Notes: generated by a model from the sequence alone, not told the origin. A stretch of DNA of 64,000 nt from an uncultured Acidobacteriota bacterium (GCA_963770895.1 CAVYRF010000002.1:5120001-5184000); one strand, 5' to 3'. Shown: positions 24,395-35,428, counted from the stretch's first letter. Translations and numbers: made by a program.

Positions 24395-26080
24395 ATGGCG
24401 AAGAGGCGGAACAAGGAGACGGCGCCGGAGCGCGGAGCGGCACCGCGGCGGGATCGCGGCACGCCGGCGGGCGGCGGTGCCGCGGCGCCGGCGGCGACGA
24501 CGACTTTGCCGCCCCAGGATGCCGCGGCGGACCGCTGGTGGTTGGTGTGGACGGGGCTGGCGGTCTTGGCGGTCGTCGCCTTTTACTCTTCGGTGCGGGC
24601 GGCGTCGCCGGCCCCCTGGTCGTACGACGAATATTTCCATCTGGGGCTGGCGCGCGAGCTGCGGGCGCACTTCCCGCTGCGGTCGTTCCCCTGGACGCCG
24701 TTCTCGCTGGTGTCCGAGCACTTCGCCGACGGCACGCCGCTGTTCCACCTGGCGCTGCTGCCGCTGGCCGGCCTGTCGATCGAAAGCGCGGGCCTGGCGG
24801 GGGTGGTGCTGGGACAGCTGTTCGTGCTGGTCTGCATGGGGGTCGCCCTGCGCCGGCTGCGCGTCCGCCACGCCTGGGTGTACATCCTGGGGGTCGCGAC
24901 GCTGGGATCGATGTTCGGCATGCGCTTCGACATGTGCCGGCCGCACCTGCTGCTGATCGGGTTTTCGCTGCTGTTCATCGGCCTGCTGGTGACCGGTGCG
25001 CGAGCGTGGGTGCTGGCGCTGGTGACGGCGCTGTTCGGGCTCGCCCATGCCGGCGGCTGGATCGCGGTCTTCTACACCGCGGCGTGGGGCGTCGCCGGGC
25101 TGCTGGCTCGCGAACCCGGCGCCGCTGCCGTTGGCGGTGCCGCCGGCGGTGGGCGCGGTGGTGGCAGCGGCGGTGGCGGTGGCGGCGGGCGGCTGCTGTG
25201 GCGTCCGGTGCTGTGGGTGGCCGCCGGGTGGTTCGCCGGCCAGCTGCTCAATCCCAACGTCCCCTACAACCTGCGGCTGATGGCGCTGGTCAACGTGGTG
25301 GTGCCGTTCGAAGCCAGTCCGGCGGGCAACTCGGCGCTGCGTTCGCAGATCGGCGAGGAGCTGACGCCGCCGGGGCTGGCCATCCTGGCCGAGCAGTGGC
25401 CGATCTTCCTGGCGCCGCTCGCGGTGGCGCTGACGCTGTGGCTGCGGCCGCGGCTGCGCACCCGCGCCACGCTGGCGACGGCGCTGATCGCCCTGGCGTT
25501 TCTGGTCCTGGGGTCGCTGCTGCTGCGCCGCATGCTGGAGCTGGGCGCGCCGCTGGCCCTGCTGGCGCTGGCGGCGCTGGCCGCCGAGCGGCGGCGCCAG
25601 GGACTGCCCGGCGTGCTGGGCGAGTGGACGGCGTGGGCGGCGGCCGGGGCGCTGCTGGTCGGAGCGCTGTGGACCTCGGCGACCCTGCGCTCGTACGGTT
25701 TCGGCAAGGTGTCGGCGCCGCAGGAGATGGCGCGCTGGCTGGGAGAGCACGGACGGCAGGGCGAGCGGGTGTTCACCGCGCAGTGGGGCGACGCGGCGCC
25801 GCTGTTCTACTCGGCGCCGCAGCTGCAGTCGCTGGTGGCGCTCGATCCGACGCTTTTCTTCGCCAAGGATCCGCGGCTGTTCGACGAATACGTCGACGTG
25901 GTGCAGGGGCGCCGTCCCGACGCCGCGCGCGTCGTCCGCGAGCGCTTCGGCGCCCGCTGGGTGACGCTGTGGCGGGTGCCGGTCTACGAGCGCTTCGCCC
26001 AACAGCTGGTCGCTTCCCCCGGCGTGCGCGTGGTGTATAACGACGCCAACTACCTGATCGCCGACCTGAAGGCCCCCTGA
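24395..26080 (+). CDS. Polytopic membrane protein, GT-C glycosyltransferase-like
   Basis: YDEYFH acidic loop after TM1, many TMs, C-terminal soluble domain; ATG 24395. Confidence 0.55.
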   Translation: MAKRRNKETAPERGAAPRRDRGTPAGGGAAAPAATTTLPPQDAAADRWWLVWTGLAVLAVVAFYSSVRAASPAPWSYDEYFHLGLARELRAHFPLRSFPWTPFSLVSEHFADGTPLFHLALLPLAGLSIESAGLAGVVLGQLFVLVCMGVALRRLRVRHAWVYILGVATLGSMFGMRFDMCRPHLLLIGFSLLFIGLLVTGARAWVLALVTALFGLAHAGGWIAVFYTAAWGVAGLLAREPGAAAVGGAAGGGRGGGSGGGGGGGRLLWRPVLWVAAGWFAGQLLNPNVPYNLRLMALVNVVVPFEASPAGNSALRSQIGEELTPPGLAILAEQWPIFLAPLAVALTLWLRPRLRTRATLATALIALAFLVLGSLLLRRMLELGAPLALLALAALAAERRRQGLPGVLGEWTAWAAAGALLVGALWTSATLRSYGFGKVSAPQEMARWLGEHGRQGERVFTAQWGDAAPLFYSAPQLQSLVALDPTLFFAKDPRLFDEYVDVVQGRRPDAARVVRERFGARWVTLWRVPVYERFAQQLVASPGVRVVYNDANYLIADLKAP

Positions 26081-26138
26081 GGGGGCGCCGCCAGCGGCGG
26101 CTTGCGGGCCCGAGCGGCCCGCAAAGGAGAGTCCCCAC

Positions 26139-28367
26139 ATGAGTGCGACGCGTGCAAGGCGGTTGCGGATCGGTCTGGCCGTGGCTCTGGCGAGCGGCGC
26201 CGGGGTCTTGTCGCTGGCGGCGGCGGCGCCGCGGGCGGCGTGCGCGGCGGGTTTCACCCTGGAGCAGGTGACCGGCGCTCCCTTTTCGTCCGAGCTGGTG
26301 ACCGCCCGGCAGGGGGAGCGCCTGGCATGGGTGGTGGACCTGCGCGGTGAGCGCAACGTCTGGGTGGCGGACGGGCCGGCCTTCGCGCCGCGCCAGGTGA
26401 CCCACTATCACGGCGACGAGGGGCAGCCGATCGCCAGCCTGCGTCTCACCCCGGACGGTTGGACGGTGGTGTACGCCCGCGGCACCGAGGTTTCCGAAGG
26501 CGGCGACTCGGCCAACCCGGCCAGCCGCGCCGACGCTCCCAAGCAGCAGGTGTGGGCGGTCGACGTGGACGCCGGCGCCGCGGGCAAGGCGGAGCCGCGG
26601 CTGTTGGGCGACATGGGGTGCGCCGTCGAGGAGTGCGAGGACATCCAGATCTCGCCCGACGGCCGCTTGGGCGTCTGGGCGGCGCGCCACCGCCTGTGGC
26701 TGGCGCCGGTCGCGGGCGGCGCCGTGCCGCGGCCGCTGCTCGGCCTGGCCGGCGACAGCGACCAGCCGCGCTGGTCGCCGGACGGCAAGCGCGTCGCCTT
26801 CCGGCTCACCCGCCGCGACCACAGCTACGTGGTGGTCTACGACCTGGCCAGCGAGGAGGTGCGCTACGTCGCGCCCAGCGTCGACCGCGACCAGCTGCCG
26901 CGCTGGTCTCCCGACGGCCGGCGGCTGGCGTTTCTGCGCCTGCCGGCGGTGCCCACCCGCGTGCCGCTGATCCCCGAGCGGCCGCAGCCGTGGAGCGTCT
27001 GGGTGGGCGACCCCGCGACCGGCACCGCGCGCCAGGTGTGGCAGAGCGGCGCCGGCCGCGAGGGGTCGCTGCCGATCTTCGCCGAAGCGTCGTTTCACTA
27101 CGGCGCGGGCGACCGCATCGTCTTCGCTTCCGAGGACAACGAGGGCGGCCGCAGCCACCTGTATTCGATCGCCGCGAGCGGCGGCGCGCCGCTGCTGCTG
27201 ACGCCGGGCGACTACGACGTGGAAGCGGCGGCGCTGTCGGCGGACGGCGCCAGCGTCCTGTACGCGGCCAACGAGCACCAGGGCGATCCGGCCGACGAGG
27301 ACCGGCGCCACCTGTACCGCGTCGGCATCGCGGGCGGGGTGGCGGCAGGGACGGCAGGCGCCGGCGCCGCCGCGCCGCAGCCGCTCAGCTCCGGCCGCGG
27401 CATCGAATGGTCGCCGCGCGAAACCGGCGACGGCAAGGTCGTGGTCTGCCTGGGCGCGGGCGTCGCCGAGCCCGCCCTGCCGTATCGCCTGGGCCCCGGC
27501 GGCCGCCAGCCGCTGGCCGCCGCCCTGATCCCGCGCGACTTTCCCGCCGCCGACCTGGTCGAGCCGCGCCAGGTGATCTGGAAGAGCGGCGACGGCACGG
27601 TGCTGCACGGCCAGCTCTTCGTGCCGAAGGGCGCGCCGGCGGGCGGCCACTCCATGCCGGCGATGATCTACACCCACGGCGGGCCGCCGCGGCAGATGCT
27701 GCTGGGTTTCCACTACATGTTCTATTACAACAACGCCTACGCGATGAACCAGTACCTGGCGAGCCGCGGCTACGTGGTGCTGTCGGTCAACTATCGCCTG
27801 GGCATCATGTACGGCCGCGACTTCCGCACCCCGCCGCACGCCGGCTGGCGCGGCGCCGCCGAATACGGCGACGTCCTGGCCGGCGCCCGCTACCTGCAGG
27901 CGCTGCCGCAGGTCGATGCCAAGCGCATCGGCTTGTGGGGCGGCTCCTACGGCGGCTACCTGACCGCGCTGGGCCTGGGCCGCAACTCCGACATCTTTGC
28001 CGCCGGCGTCGACTTTCACGGCGTCCACGACTGGTCGGTGTTCCTGCCGCGCTGGGAAGAAACCTCCGCCGAATCCGCGCCGGACGCGCGCGAGGCGATC
28101 CGCCTGGCCCAGGACTCTTCGCCCGTCACGGCGGTCGACACCTGGCGCTCGCCGGTCCTGCTGATCCATGGCGACGACGACCGCAACGTCCCCTTCGCCC
28201 AGACCCGCGACCTGGTCGCCCGCCTGCGCGCCCGCCAGGTCCCCCTCGAAGAGCTGATCCTCCCCGACGAGATCCACGACCTGCTGCGCTGGCAGGATTG
28301 GGTGCGCGCCTACCAGGCCGCCGCCGACTTCCTGGACCGCTATCTGAAGCCCGCCGCCGGGAAGTAG
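26139..28367 (+). CDS. S9 prolyl oligopeptidase/DPP-IV family peptidase, secreted
   Basis: Signal peptide, WSPDG propeller repeats, GGSYGG nucleophile, HGDDDRNV, DEIH. Confidence 0.92.
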   Translation: MSATRARRLRIGLAVALASGAGVLSLAAAAPRAACAAGFTLEQVTGAPFSSELVTARQGERLAWVVDLRGERNVWVADGPAFAPRQVTHYHGDEGQPIASLRLTPDGWTVVYARGTEVSEGGDSANPASRADAPKQQVWAVDVDAGAAGKAEPRLLGDMGCAVEECEDIQISPDGRLGVWAARHRLWLAPVAGGAVPRPLLGLAGDSDQPRWSPDGKRVAFRLTRRDHSYVVVYDLASEEVRYVAPSVDRDQLPRWSPDGRRLAFLRLPAVPTRVPLIPERPQPWSVWVGDPATGTARQVWQSGAGREGSLPIFAEASFHYGAGDRIVFASEDNEGGRSHLYSIAASGGAPLLLTPGDYDVEAAALSADGASVLYAANEHQGDPADEDRRHLYRVGIAGGVAAGTAGAGAAAPQPLSSGRGIEWSPRETGDGKVVVCLGAGVAEPALPYRLGPGGRQPLAAALIPRDFPAADLVEPRQVIWKSGDGTVLHGQLFVPKGAPAGGHSMPAMIYTHGGPPRQMLLGFHYMFYYNNAYAMNQYLASRGYVVLSVNYRLGIMYGRDFRTPPHAGWRGAAEYGDVLAGARYLQALPQVDAKRIGLWGGSYGGYLTALGLGRNSDIFAAGVDFHGVHDWSVFLPRWEETSAESAPDAREAIRLAQDSSPVTAVDTWRSPVLLIHGDDDRNVPFAQTRDLVARLRARQVPLEELILPDEIHDLLRWQDWVRAYQAAADFLDRYLKPAAGK

Positions 28368-28452
28368 ACGGCGGGCAAAGGTGCCGCGTATATGGGGCAG
28401 CAGGTTTGCTGCTCGCGGGTGCGGTGCGAAACAGAAGCGAAAGGAAGCATGG

Positions 28453-30705
28453 ATGTCGATGAACGTGCGTCGGGTTCTTTGCACAGCGTTGATCGTGGCG
28501 GTCTTGGCAGGCGTGGCGGCGGTGCCGGCCGCCTTTGGCCGGAGCGCCGCGGCGCCGGTACTGGCGCCGGGCGGGCGCGTGGTCGACGAGGCGGACCGGC
28601 TGGTTCTTGCCGGCAACGTGCCGTTGCGGGCGCAGGCGGCGCTGCAAGTCGGCCGCACCAATGCGCAGCTGCCGATGGCGCACATGGTGCTGTACCTGCG
28701 GCCGCGGGCGGGCGCCCAGGCGGCGATCGCGGCGCTGCTCGGGGCGCAGCAGGATCCCAGGTCGCCGCAGTACCACCAGTGGCTGACTCCCGATCAGTTC
28801 GGCGCGCGCTTCGGCCTGGCGGACGCCGACGTGCAGACGGTCGCCGGCTGGCTGGGCAGCCACGGGCTGACGGTCGACCAGGTGGCGCGGGGGCGCGGCT
28901 GGCTGAACTTCAGCGGCACCGTGTCGCAGGTGGAGGAGGCGTTCGCGACCGAGATCCACGACTACCAGGTGGGCGGCGCCGTGCGGCATGCCAATTCGCT
29001 GGACCCGTCGATTCCCCGCGGCCTGTCCGACCTGGTGGGCGGCGTCGTGTCGCTCAACAGCTTTCCGCAGCCGTCGCATCGCGCGGCGGTCAAGCTGCTG
29101 GGCAAAACCGTGCCGCGGTTCGACGCCGGGGACGACAGCCACTACCTGGCGCCGGCCGACTTTGCCACCATCTACGACGTTGACGCGCCTTACGCCAAGG
29201 GCCTGACCGGCGCCGGGCAGACGATCGCCATCGTCGCGCGCAGCGACATCAACCTGTCGGACGTGCAGCTGTTCCGCAGCTCCTTCGGCCTGCCGGCCAA
29301 CGATCCGGTGTTCGTCCATAACGGCCCGGCGCCGGGCATCCTGTCGGGCGACGAAAGCGAGTCGGACCTGGATACGGAATGGGCGGGGGCGGTGGCGCCC
29401 AAGGCGACGGTCAAGCTGGTGATCTCGGCGTCGACGGAGGCCAGCGACGGCGTTCTGCTGTCCACCCAGTACATCGTCGATCAGAACCTGGCGCCGGTCT
29501 TCAGCACCAGCTACGGCCTGTGCGAGGCCGACACCGGCACCAGCGGCATCGCGTTTTACGACACCTTGCTGGCGCAGGCGGCGACGCAGGGGATCACGGC
29601 GTTTGCGGCGGCGGGCGATTCGGGCGCCTCCGATTGCAGCGATCCCGACAGCGGCAGGGGGAGCGGGCGTGCGGTCGACATGCCGTGCTCGTCGCCCAAC
29701 AACACCTGCGTCGGCGGCTCGGAGTTCCAGGACAGCGCCAACCCGGGTGCCTACTGGGCTGCCAGCAACAATTCGACCACCGGCGCTTCGGCGCTGGGCT
29801 ACATCCCCGAGGCGGTGTGGAACGAAAGTGGCGCGGTGAGCGGCGGCAGCGGTCTGTGGGCGAGCGGCGGCGGCGTCAGCTCGGCCTTCACCAAGCCGTC
29901 GTGGCAGGCGGCACCGGGGGTGCCGGCCGACGGCATGCGCGACGTGCCCGACGTGGCGCTCAACGCGGCGGGACACGACGGCTACCTGGCCTACCAGGAC
30001 GGCAACCTGGTGGCGTTCAGCGGCACGTCCTGCACGGCGCCGACCTTTGCCGGCCTGATGGCGCTGGTGCTGCAGCAGAGCGGCGCGCGCCAGGGCAACA
30101 TCAACCCGACCCTCTACCAGCTGGCGACGACGCAGTACGGCGGCGGCGCGAACGTGGTGTTCCACGACGTCAAGACCGGCAACAACAGCGTCCCCGGCGT
30201 CACCGGCTACACCGCCGGCGCCGCCTACGACACGGTCACCGGCCTGGGGTCGGTCGACGCGGCGCAGCTGCTGGCGCAGTGGCCGGGCTCGGGCTCCGGG
30301 AGCGGCGGCGGTACTGGCGGCACGGGCGGCACGGGCGGCACGACGACGCCGGCGCCCTGCGTTCCGAGCTCCACCACGCTATGCCTGAGCAACAAGCGCT
30401 TTGCGGTCACCGCCAGCTACAACGCCGGCAGCAGCGGCTCCGGCACGGCGCAGGCGGTGGCGCTGACCGACGACACCGGCTACCTGTGGTTTTTCGATGC
30501 GTCCAACGTCGAAACCGTGGTGAAGGTGCTGGACGGCTGCGCGATCGGCGGTCACTACTGGTTCTTCGCCGGCGGTCTGACCAACGTCAACGTGGTGATC
30601 ATGGTGACGGACAGCCAGACGGGAGCGACGCAGACCTACACCAATCCCCCCAACACGCCGTTCCAGGCGATCCAGGACACGGCGGCGTTCTCGACCTGTC
30701 CCTGA
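28453..30705 (+). CDS. S53 sedolisin/kumamolisin peptidase with prodomain and Cys-bracketed C-terminal domain
   Basis: YHQWLTPDQFGARFG prodomain, ESDLDTEW, AAGDSG, RDVPDVA, SGTS, YDTVTGLGS; start 28453 or 28459. Confidence 0.92.
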   Translation: MSMNVRRVLCTALIVAVLAGVAAVPAAFGRSAAAPVLAPGGRVVDEADRLVLAGNVPLRAQAALQVGRTNAQLPMAHMVLYLRPRAGAQAAIAALLGAQQDPRSPQYHQWLTPDQFGARFGLADADVQTVAGWLGSHGLTVDQVARGRGWLNFSGTVSQVEEAFATEIHDYQVGGAVRHANSLDPSIPRGLSDLVGGVVSLNSFPQPSHRAAVKLLGKTVPRFDAGDDSHYLAPADFATIYDVDAPYAKGLTGAGQTIAIVARSDINLSDVQLFRSSFGLPANDPVFVHNGPAPGILSGDESESDLDTEWAGAVAPKATVKLVISASTEASDGVLLSTQYIVDQNLAPVFSTSYGLCEADTGTSGIAFYDTLLAQAATQGITAFAAAGDSGASDCSDPDSGRGSGRAVDMPCSSPNNTCVGGSEFQDSANPGAYWAASNNSTTGASALGYIPEAVWNESGAVSGGSGLWASGGGVSSAFTKPSWQAAPGVPADGMRDVPDVALNAAGHDGYLAYQDGNLVAFSGTSCTAPTFAGLMALVLQQSGARQGNINPTLYQLATTQYGGGANVVFHDVKTGNNSVPGVTGYTAGAAYDTVTGLGSVDAAQLLAQWPGSGSGSGGGTGGTGGTGGTTTPAPCVPSSTTLCLSNKRFAVTASYNAGSSGSGTAQAVALTDDTGYLWFFDASNVETVVKVLDGCAIGGHYWFFAGGLTNVNVVIMVTDSQTGATQTYTNPPNTPFQAIQDTAAFSTCP

Positions 30706-30745
30706 CCCGCCGGCAGCCGCCTGAGCCGGGTGCTTCCGGCCGGGC

Positions 30746-31633
30746 TCAGGCGGTTGTGGGTGGGGGGGCTGACGGCAAGGGCTGCAAGGACAGCCTGATG
30801 CGATGCCGCCGGTCGAACACGGCGACGGCGACGGCAAAGGCGACGGTGGCGGCGGCGACCAGCAGGCCCGATTCGCCGACCCAGAGCTTGGCGTTCGGGC
30901 CCGCGGCGGAGCGGTCGAAGGGGCCTTGGATGACGGCGTTCCAGCAGGCGTGCAGGACGATCGACGGCCAGACGCTGCCGGTGCGCAGGCGCAGAATGCC
31001 GATGACGCACGCCATGGCGATGACGGCGACGGCGAAGAGCGCGGCCGAGAGCGCCGGGTAGGGGCCGGCGGCGTACTGGCCGCTCAAGATCAGCGGCAGG
31101 TGCCAGGCCGCCCAGATGAGCCCGCTGGCGAGCAGCGGGTACGGCACGCCGGCGTCGACCAGGCGGGTGAGCATGTAGCCGCGCCAGCCGATCTCCTCGC
31201 CGCCGGCGAAGAGGATGCCCACCAGGGTGTTCACGACCAGCGCCAGGACCAGGTACAGCAGGAACCCCATGTGCGGCGGCCGGTACGCCACCAGTCCGCA
31301 AGCCCACGCCGCACCGTAGGCCGCCGTGCCGACGGCGAGCGGCATCGCCAGCGCCACCAGGATGGCGCGCGCCGTGGCTCGCCCGCCGAGCCGGAACGAC
31401 ACGTCGCCGATCCCTTCGCGCAGCACGCCGCGGGCGACGAACGACGACAGGGCGGGTACCCACATGAGCAGGGGCACCAGCAGCGGGTGCTTGTCGATCG
31501 AGCCGCCGGCGCGCAGCATCAATGCTTCGACCGCCGCCGTCGCCGGGATCAGCACGGCAAAATAGATCGCGAGACCGCGCCGCGCGACCTGCGCTCGTGC
31601 GGCGGTGGGGATGCCCGCGATGGGGGTCGACAT
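30746..31633 (-). CDS. CPBP (Abi/CAAX) intramembrane metalloprotease
   Basis: GEEIGWRG, WAAWHLP, HACWN motifs. Confidence 0.9.
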   Translation of the reverse strand: MSTPIAGIPTAARAQVARRGLAIYFAVLIPATAAVEALMLRAGGSIDKHPLLVPLLMWVPALSSFVARGVLREGIGDVSFRLGGRATARAILVALAMPLAVGTAAYGAAWACGLVAYRPPHMGFLLYLVLALVVNTLVGILFAGGEEIGWRGYMLTRLVDAGVPYPLLASGLIWAAWHLPLILSGQYAAGPYPALSAALFAVAVIAMACVIGILRLRTGSVWPSIVLHACWNAVIQGPFDRSAAGPNAKLWVGESGLLVAAATVAFAVAVAVFDRRHRIRLSLQPLPSAPPPTTA

Positions 31634-31651
31634 GGCGGCTGCCGCGACGGG

Positions 31652-34600
31652 CTAGGCGGTGGCGCGGCGGGGCTCGGCGGGCTGGATCTCGTCCAGCTCG
31701 ACGGCGACCAGCTTGGAGACGCCTTTCTCTTCCATGGTGACGCCGTACAGCGAGGCGGCGACCTCCATGGTGAGCTTGTTGTGGGTGATGATGATGAACT
31801 GGGTTTCGCCCGCCATCTCGCGCACCAGGTCGACGAAGCGCTCGGTGTTGACGTCGTCGAGCGGCGCGTCCACTTCGTCCAGGATGCAGAAGGGCGAAGG
31901 CTTGGTGCGGAAGAGGGCGAACAGCAGGGCGATGGCGGTCAGCGCCTTTTCGCCGCCGGACAGCAGCATGAGGTTCTGCTGGCGCTTGCCGGGGGGGCGG
32001 GCGACGATCTCGATGCCGGTCTCGAGCACGTCGTCGTCGTCGAGCAGGCGCATCTCCGCTTCGCCGCCGCGGAACAGCCGCGCGAAGACCTCGCCGAAGG
32101 ATTTGTTGACCTCTTCAAAGGTGGCGCGGAAGCGTTCGCTGGAGGTTTCGTTGATCTCGCGGATGGTGCGGCGCAGGCTTTCCACCGACTGTGCGACGTC
32201 GGTGCGCTGGGTGGTCAGGAACTGGTGGCGCTGCTCCTGCTCGTCGTGCTCCTGCACCGCCAGGACGTTGACCGGTCCCAACCGTTCGAGCGCCGCCTTG
32301 CAGCGCGCCAGCTCGCCTTCCAGCTCGGTGAGCTCGGCGGCGTCGATCGGCGACTCCGGTGGGGGAGGCATCGCCGGCGCGGCGGCGGGCGGCGGCGCGG
32401 CGGGAATCACCAGGAAGGCCGCGGCGGTGTCGGCTTCGGCGCCTGCGATGGCGTCGGCGGCGTCCGTACTGTCCGTGCCGTCGATGGCGGTGACGCGGCC
32501 GGCGCCGTCTGTGCTGCCGGCGTCGTCGGCGTCGTCGCCATCGGCGCCGGGGTGCTGGGCCGCCGGGGCGGCGGCGAAGTGCTCGCGCCAGGTCGCCGCC
32601 AGGTGCTCGACGTCCTGGCGCAGGCCGGCGTCGGCGACGCGCAGCTCTTCGATCTGGGCGCGCATGTCGTCGCGGCGGGTGCGGTGGCCGGCGATCCGTT
32701 CGTCCAGGTCGCGCACCTCCTGGCGGTGGGCGTCCAGCCCCTCCTGCTCGTCGAGCACCTCCTGCTGCGCCGCGTCACGCCGCTCCAGCGCCTGTTGCAG
32801 GTCGGTTTCGGCGGTGGCCAGCGCCGCTTCCAGCTCGCCGCGCCGTGCCGCCAGGCGCTCGGCTTCCTGGCGCCAGGCGGTCACCTGGTGGCGGCCGCGG
32901 GCGACTTCCGCGGCCAGCCGCGCCACGTCGCGGTCGTGCGATTCCAGGCGTTCGTCCAGCAGCTCCAGGCGGCTGCGGCGGCCGGCGCTGGCGGTGCGCA
33001 GCGCTTCGCGCGCGCCGCGCGCCGCCTCCAGGTCCTGGCCGGCGCGGTCCATGCTCTGTGCGACGTCGCCGTGGCGCCGCTCGACGTCTGCCGCCTCCTG
33101 CTGCAGCTGGCCGCGCCGCTCGGCGATGCGCTCGATCTCGCGGCGGGTCTCCTCCCGTTCGCTGCCCAGCGTTGCGCTCTCGACGCCCAGGCGGCGGTGG
33201 CGCGCGGCGAGGTCTTCTTCGCGCGCGCGGCCCACGGCCAGCTCCTGGCGCAGCTGCGCGGTTTCGTTTTGCAGCCGGTTGGCGTTCTTGGCCAGGTCGG
33301 CGCGTTCCGCGACCAGGCGGTCGAGCTCGGACGCGGCCTGGTCGCGCCCGGCTTCGAGCTGGGCGATCGACTGTTGCAGGGCGGCCAGCTCGCTCTCCCG
33401 TTCGAGCGCTCCGGGGTTGACCGTTTCGCCTTCCACGTGGAAGGTGCCGGCCTGCACCCAGACGCCCTCGCGCGACAGGAAGGCGACGCCGGCGTGGCGC
33501 CGCGCCAGGCGCTCGGCGTCGGCGGCCGAGCGCACCAGGTAGGCCGGCGGCAGCGCCGCGGCGAGCGCCGGCGTCAGGCTGAGCGCCTGACCCAGCGACA
33601 GCACGACCGCCGGATCGTCGACCACCGGCTGGTCCGCGGCGTCGACGGTGGCGCCGGTGTCGGCATCGGCGGCAGTGGCTGTCGCTGCGGGTGCCGGGGC
33701 GGCGATCAGGATGGCGCGCGAACGGCCGGCCAGGGCGGCGGCGAGCTGGCGCGCGCTGGTCCCCGGCGGCAGCAGCACGGCGTCGGCGAGCCCGCCCAGG
33801 TAGACGTCCAGGCTGCGCTCCCAGCCGAGCGCGGCGCGCGCCTGCTCGGCCAGGAAGCGCGGTTCGCCCAGGCCGGCGTCGGCGAGCGCCGCCAGCAGGG
33901 CGCGGCGGCGCTCGCCGTGGGCGCGCGCCAGGTCGGCCAGCAGGCGCTGGCGGTTGCGGGCGCCGGCGATGTCGGTTTCCAGGCCGCGCTTGCGCTCGGC
34001 GGCTTCGGCTTCGCGCCGCATCGTCGCATCGAGCAGCGCCGCGACCCGCTGCTGCTCCTCGCCGCGCGCCGCCAGGTTGGCGGTCAGGGTGGCGGTGCGT
34101 TCGCGCGCGATCGCCAGCGCTTCGGCGGCCTGGCCCAGCTCGTGGCCGCGGCGCGCCAGCTCTTCCTCCAGGTGGTGCTGGCGGAAGTTGCCGCGCTCCA
34201 GCTCGATCTGCGACTGCTGCAGGCGCTGGCGCAGGCCGGCCAGCACGGCGGCGACCTGGAGGGCTTCGGCGCGCAGCGTTTCGACGCGCGCCGCGGCCTG
34301 CTTCCAGTCGCGCTCGGCGTCGGCGATCTGGTGCTCGTCGGCATCCACCGCCGCTGCTGCCCGCGTCCGCTCCTCGACCAGCTCGCCGCGCTTTTCTTCG
34401 AGCGCCGCCAGGCTGGCCGCCTGGGTCGCGGTTTCCTGTTCGCGGCGCTCGGCGAGGCCGCGGTCCTGGGTCGCCCGCTCGCCCAGCTCGGCCACTGTCT
34501 GGCGGTTTGCCTTGATGAACTCCTGCCGCCCCTGGATGGTCGCCGCCAGGTCGGCGACGCGCTGGTGGCGCTCGGCGACCCGGCTGGCCAGCGCGTCCAG

Positions 34601-35428
34601 GCGCTCGCGGCCGGCGGCGAGCGCGGCTTCGTCGCGGTGCAGCTCGGCGGCGACGGCGGCCTCGCGGTTGGTCGCCTCGGCCAGGCGCTGGCGCAGCTCG
34701 GCCAGCTGCGTGGTCTGCAGGTGGTGGCGGCCGGCCAGGACGCGCGCCAGCAGCTCGCGGTACTCGACTTCCTTTTCCTGGTAGCGGCGGGCGGCCCCTG
34801 CCTGGCGCTTGAGCGAGCGCACCGCCCGCTCCACCTCGGACACGATGTCGTCGAGGCGCAGCAGGTTGGCGGTCGCCTCCTGCAACTTCACCTCGGCGAC
34901 GCCCTTGCGCGACTTGTAGCGGGTGATGCCGGCCGCTTCCTCCAGCAGCTTGCGGCGCTCCTGCGGCTTGCCCGACAGGATCATGCCGATCTTGCCCTGT
35001 TCGATCACCGAGTAGGCGCGGATGCCCAGGCCGGTGTCCATCAGCAGATCCTTGATCTCCTTGAGGCGCACCACCTTGCCGTTCAACCGGTACTGGCTTT
35101 CGCCGCCGCGGAAGACGCGCCGGCCCAGCGTGACGCGGCCGTCCTCGGCGTGCGGCAGCGAGGTGTCGGTGCGCAGCGTCAGGATCACTTCCGCCATGCC
35201 CAGCGGCTTGCGGCTTTCGGCGCCGTTGAAGATGACGTCTTCCATGGTGCCGCCGCGCAGCGACTTGGCGCTCTGCTCGCCGAGCACCCAGGTCATGGCT
35301 TCCGACAGGTTGCTCTTGCCGCAGCCGTTGGGTCCGACGATGGCGGTGACGCCTCCGGCCAGCTCGACGGTGACCGGATCGACAAACGACTTGAAGCCGG
35401 AAATGTCCAGGGACTCGACTTTCAGCAT
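31652..35428 (-). CDS. smc: Chromosome segregation protein SMC
   Basis: GFKSF, GPNGCGKSN Walker A, IEQG, LGPVN, LSGGEK signature, ILDEVDAPLD; ATG 35428. Confidence 0.95.
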   Translation of the reverse strand: MLKVESLDISGFKSFVDPVTVELAGGVTAIVGPNGCGKSNLSEAMTWVLGEQSAKSLRGGTMEDVIFNGAESRKPLGMAEVILTLRTDTSLPHAEDGRVTLGRRVFRGGESQYRLNGKVVRLKEIKDLLMDTGLGIRAYSVIEQGKIGMILSGKPQERRKLLEEAAGITRYKSRKGVAEVKLQEATANLLRLDDIVSEVERAVRSLKRQAGAARRYQEKEVEYRELLARVLAGRHHLQTTQLAELRQRLAEATNREAAVAAELHRDEAALAAGRERLDALASRVAERHQRVADLAATIQGRQEFIKANRQTVAELGERATQDRGLAERREQETATQAASLAALEEKRGELVEERTRAAAAVDADEHQIADAERDWKQAAARVETLRAEALQVAAVLAGLRQRLQQSQIELERGNFRQHHLEEELARRGHELGQAAEALAIARERTATLTANLAARGEEQQRVAALLDATMRREAEAAERKRGLETDIAGARNRQRLLADLARAHGERRRALLAALADAGLGEPRFLAEQARAALGWERSLDVYLGGLADAVLLPPGTSARQLAAALAGRSRAILIAAPAPAATATAADADTGATVDAADQPVVDDPAVVLSLGQALSLTPALAAALPPAYLVRSAADAERLARRHAGVAFLSREGVWVQAGTFHVEGETVNPGALERESELAALQQSIAQLEAGRDQAASELDRLVAERADLAKNANRLQNETAQLRQELAVGRAREEDLAARHRRLGVESATLGSEREETRREIERIAERRGQLQQEAADVERRHGDVAQSMDRAGQDLEAARGAREALRTASAGRRSRLELLDERLESHDRDVARLAAEVARGRHQVTAWRQEAERLAARRGELEAALATAETDLQQALERRDAAQQEVLDEQEGLDAHRQEVRDLDERIAGHRTRRDDMRAQIEELRVADAGLRQDVEHLAATWREHFAAAPAAQHPGADGDDADDAGSTDGAGRVTAIDGTDSTDAADAIAGAEADTAAAFLVIPAAPPPAAAPAMPPPPESPIDAAELTELEGELARCKAALERLGPVNVLAVQEHDEQEQRHQFLTTQRTDVAQSVESLRRTIREINETSSERFRATFEEVNKSFGEVFARLFRGGEAEMRLLDDDDVLETGIEIVARPPGKRQQNLMLLSGGEKALTAIALLFALFRTKPSPFCILDEVDAPLDDVNTERFVDLVREMAGETQFIIITHNKLTMEVAASLYGVTMEEKGVSKLVAVELDEIQPAEPRRATA

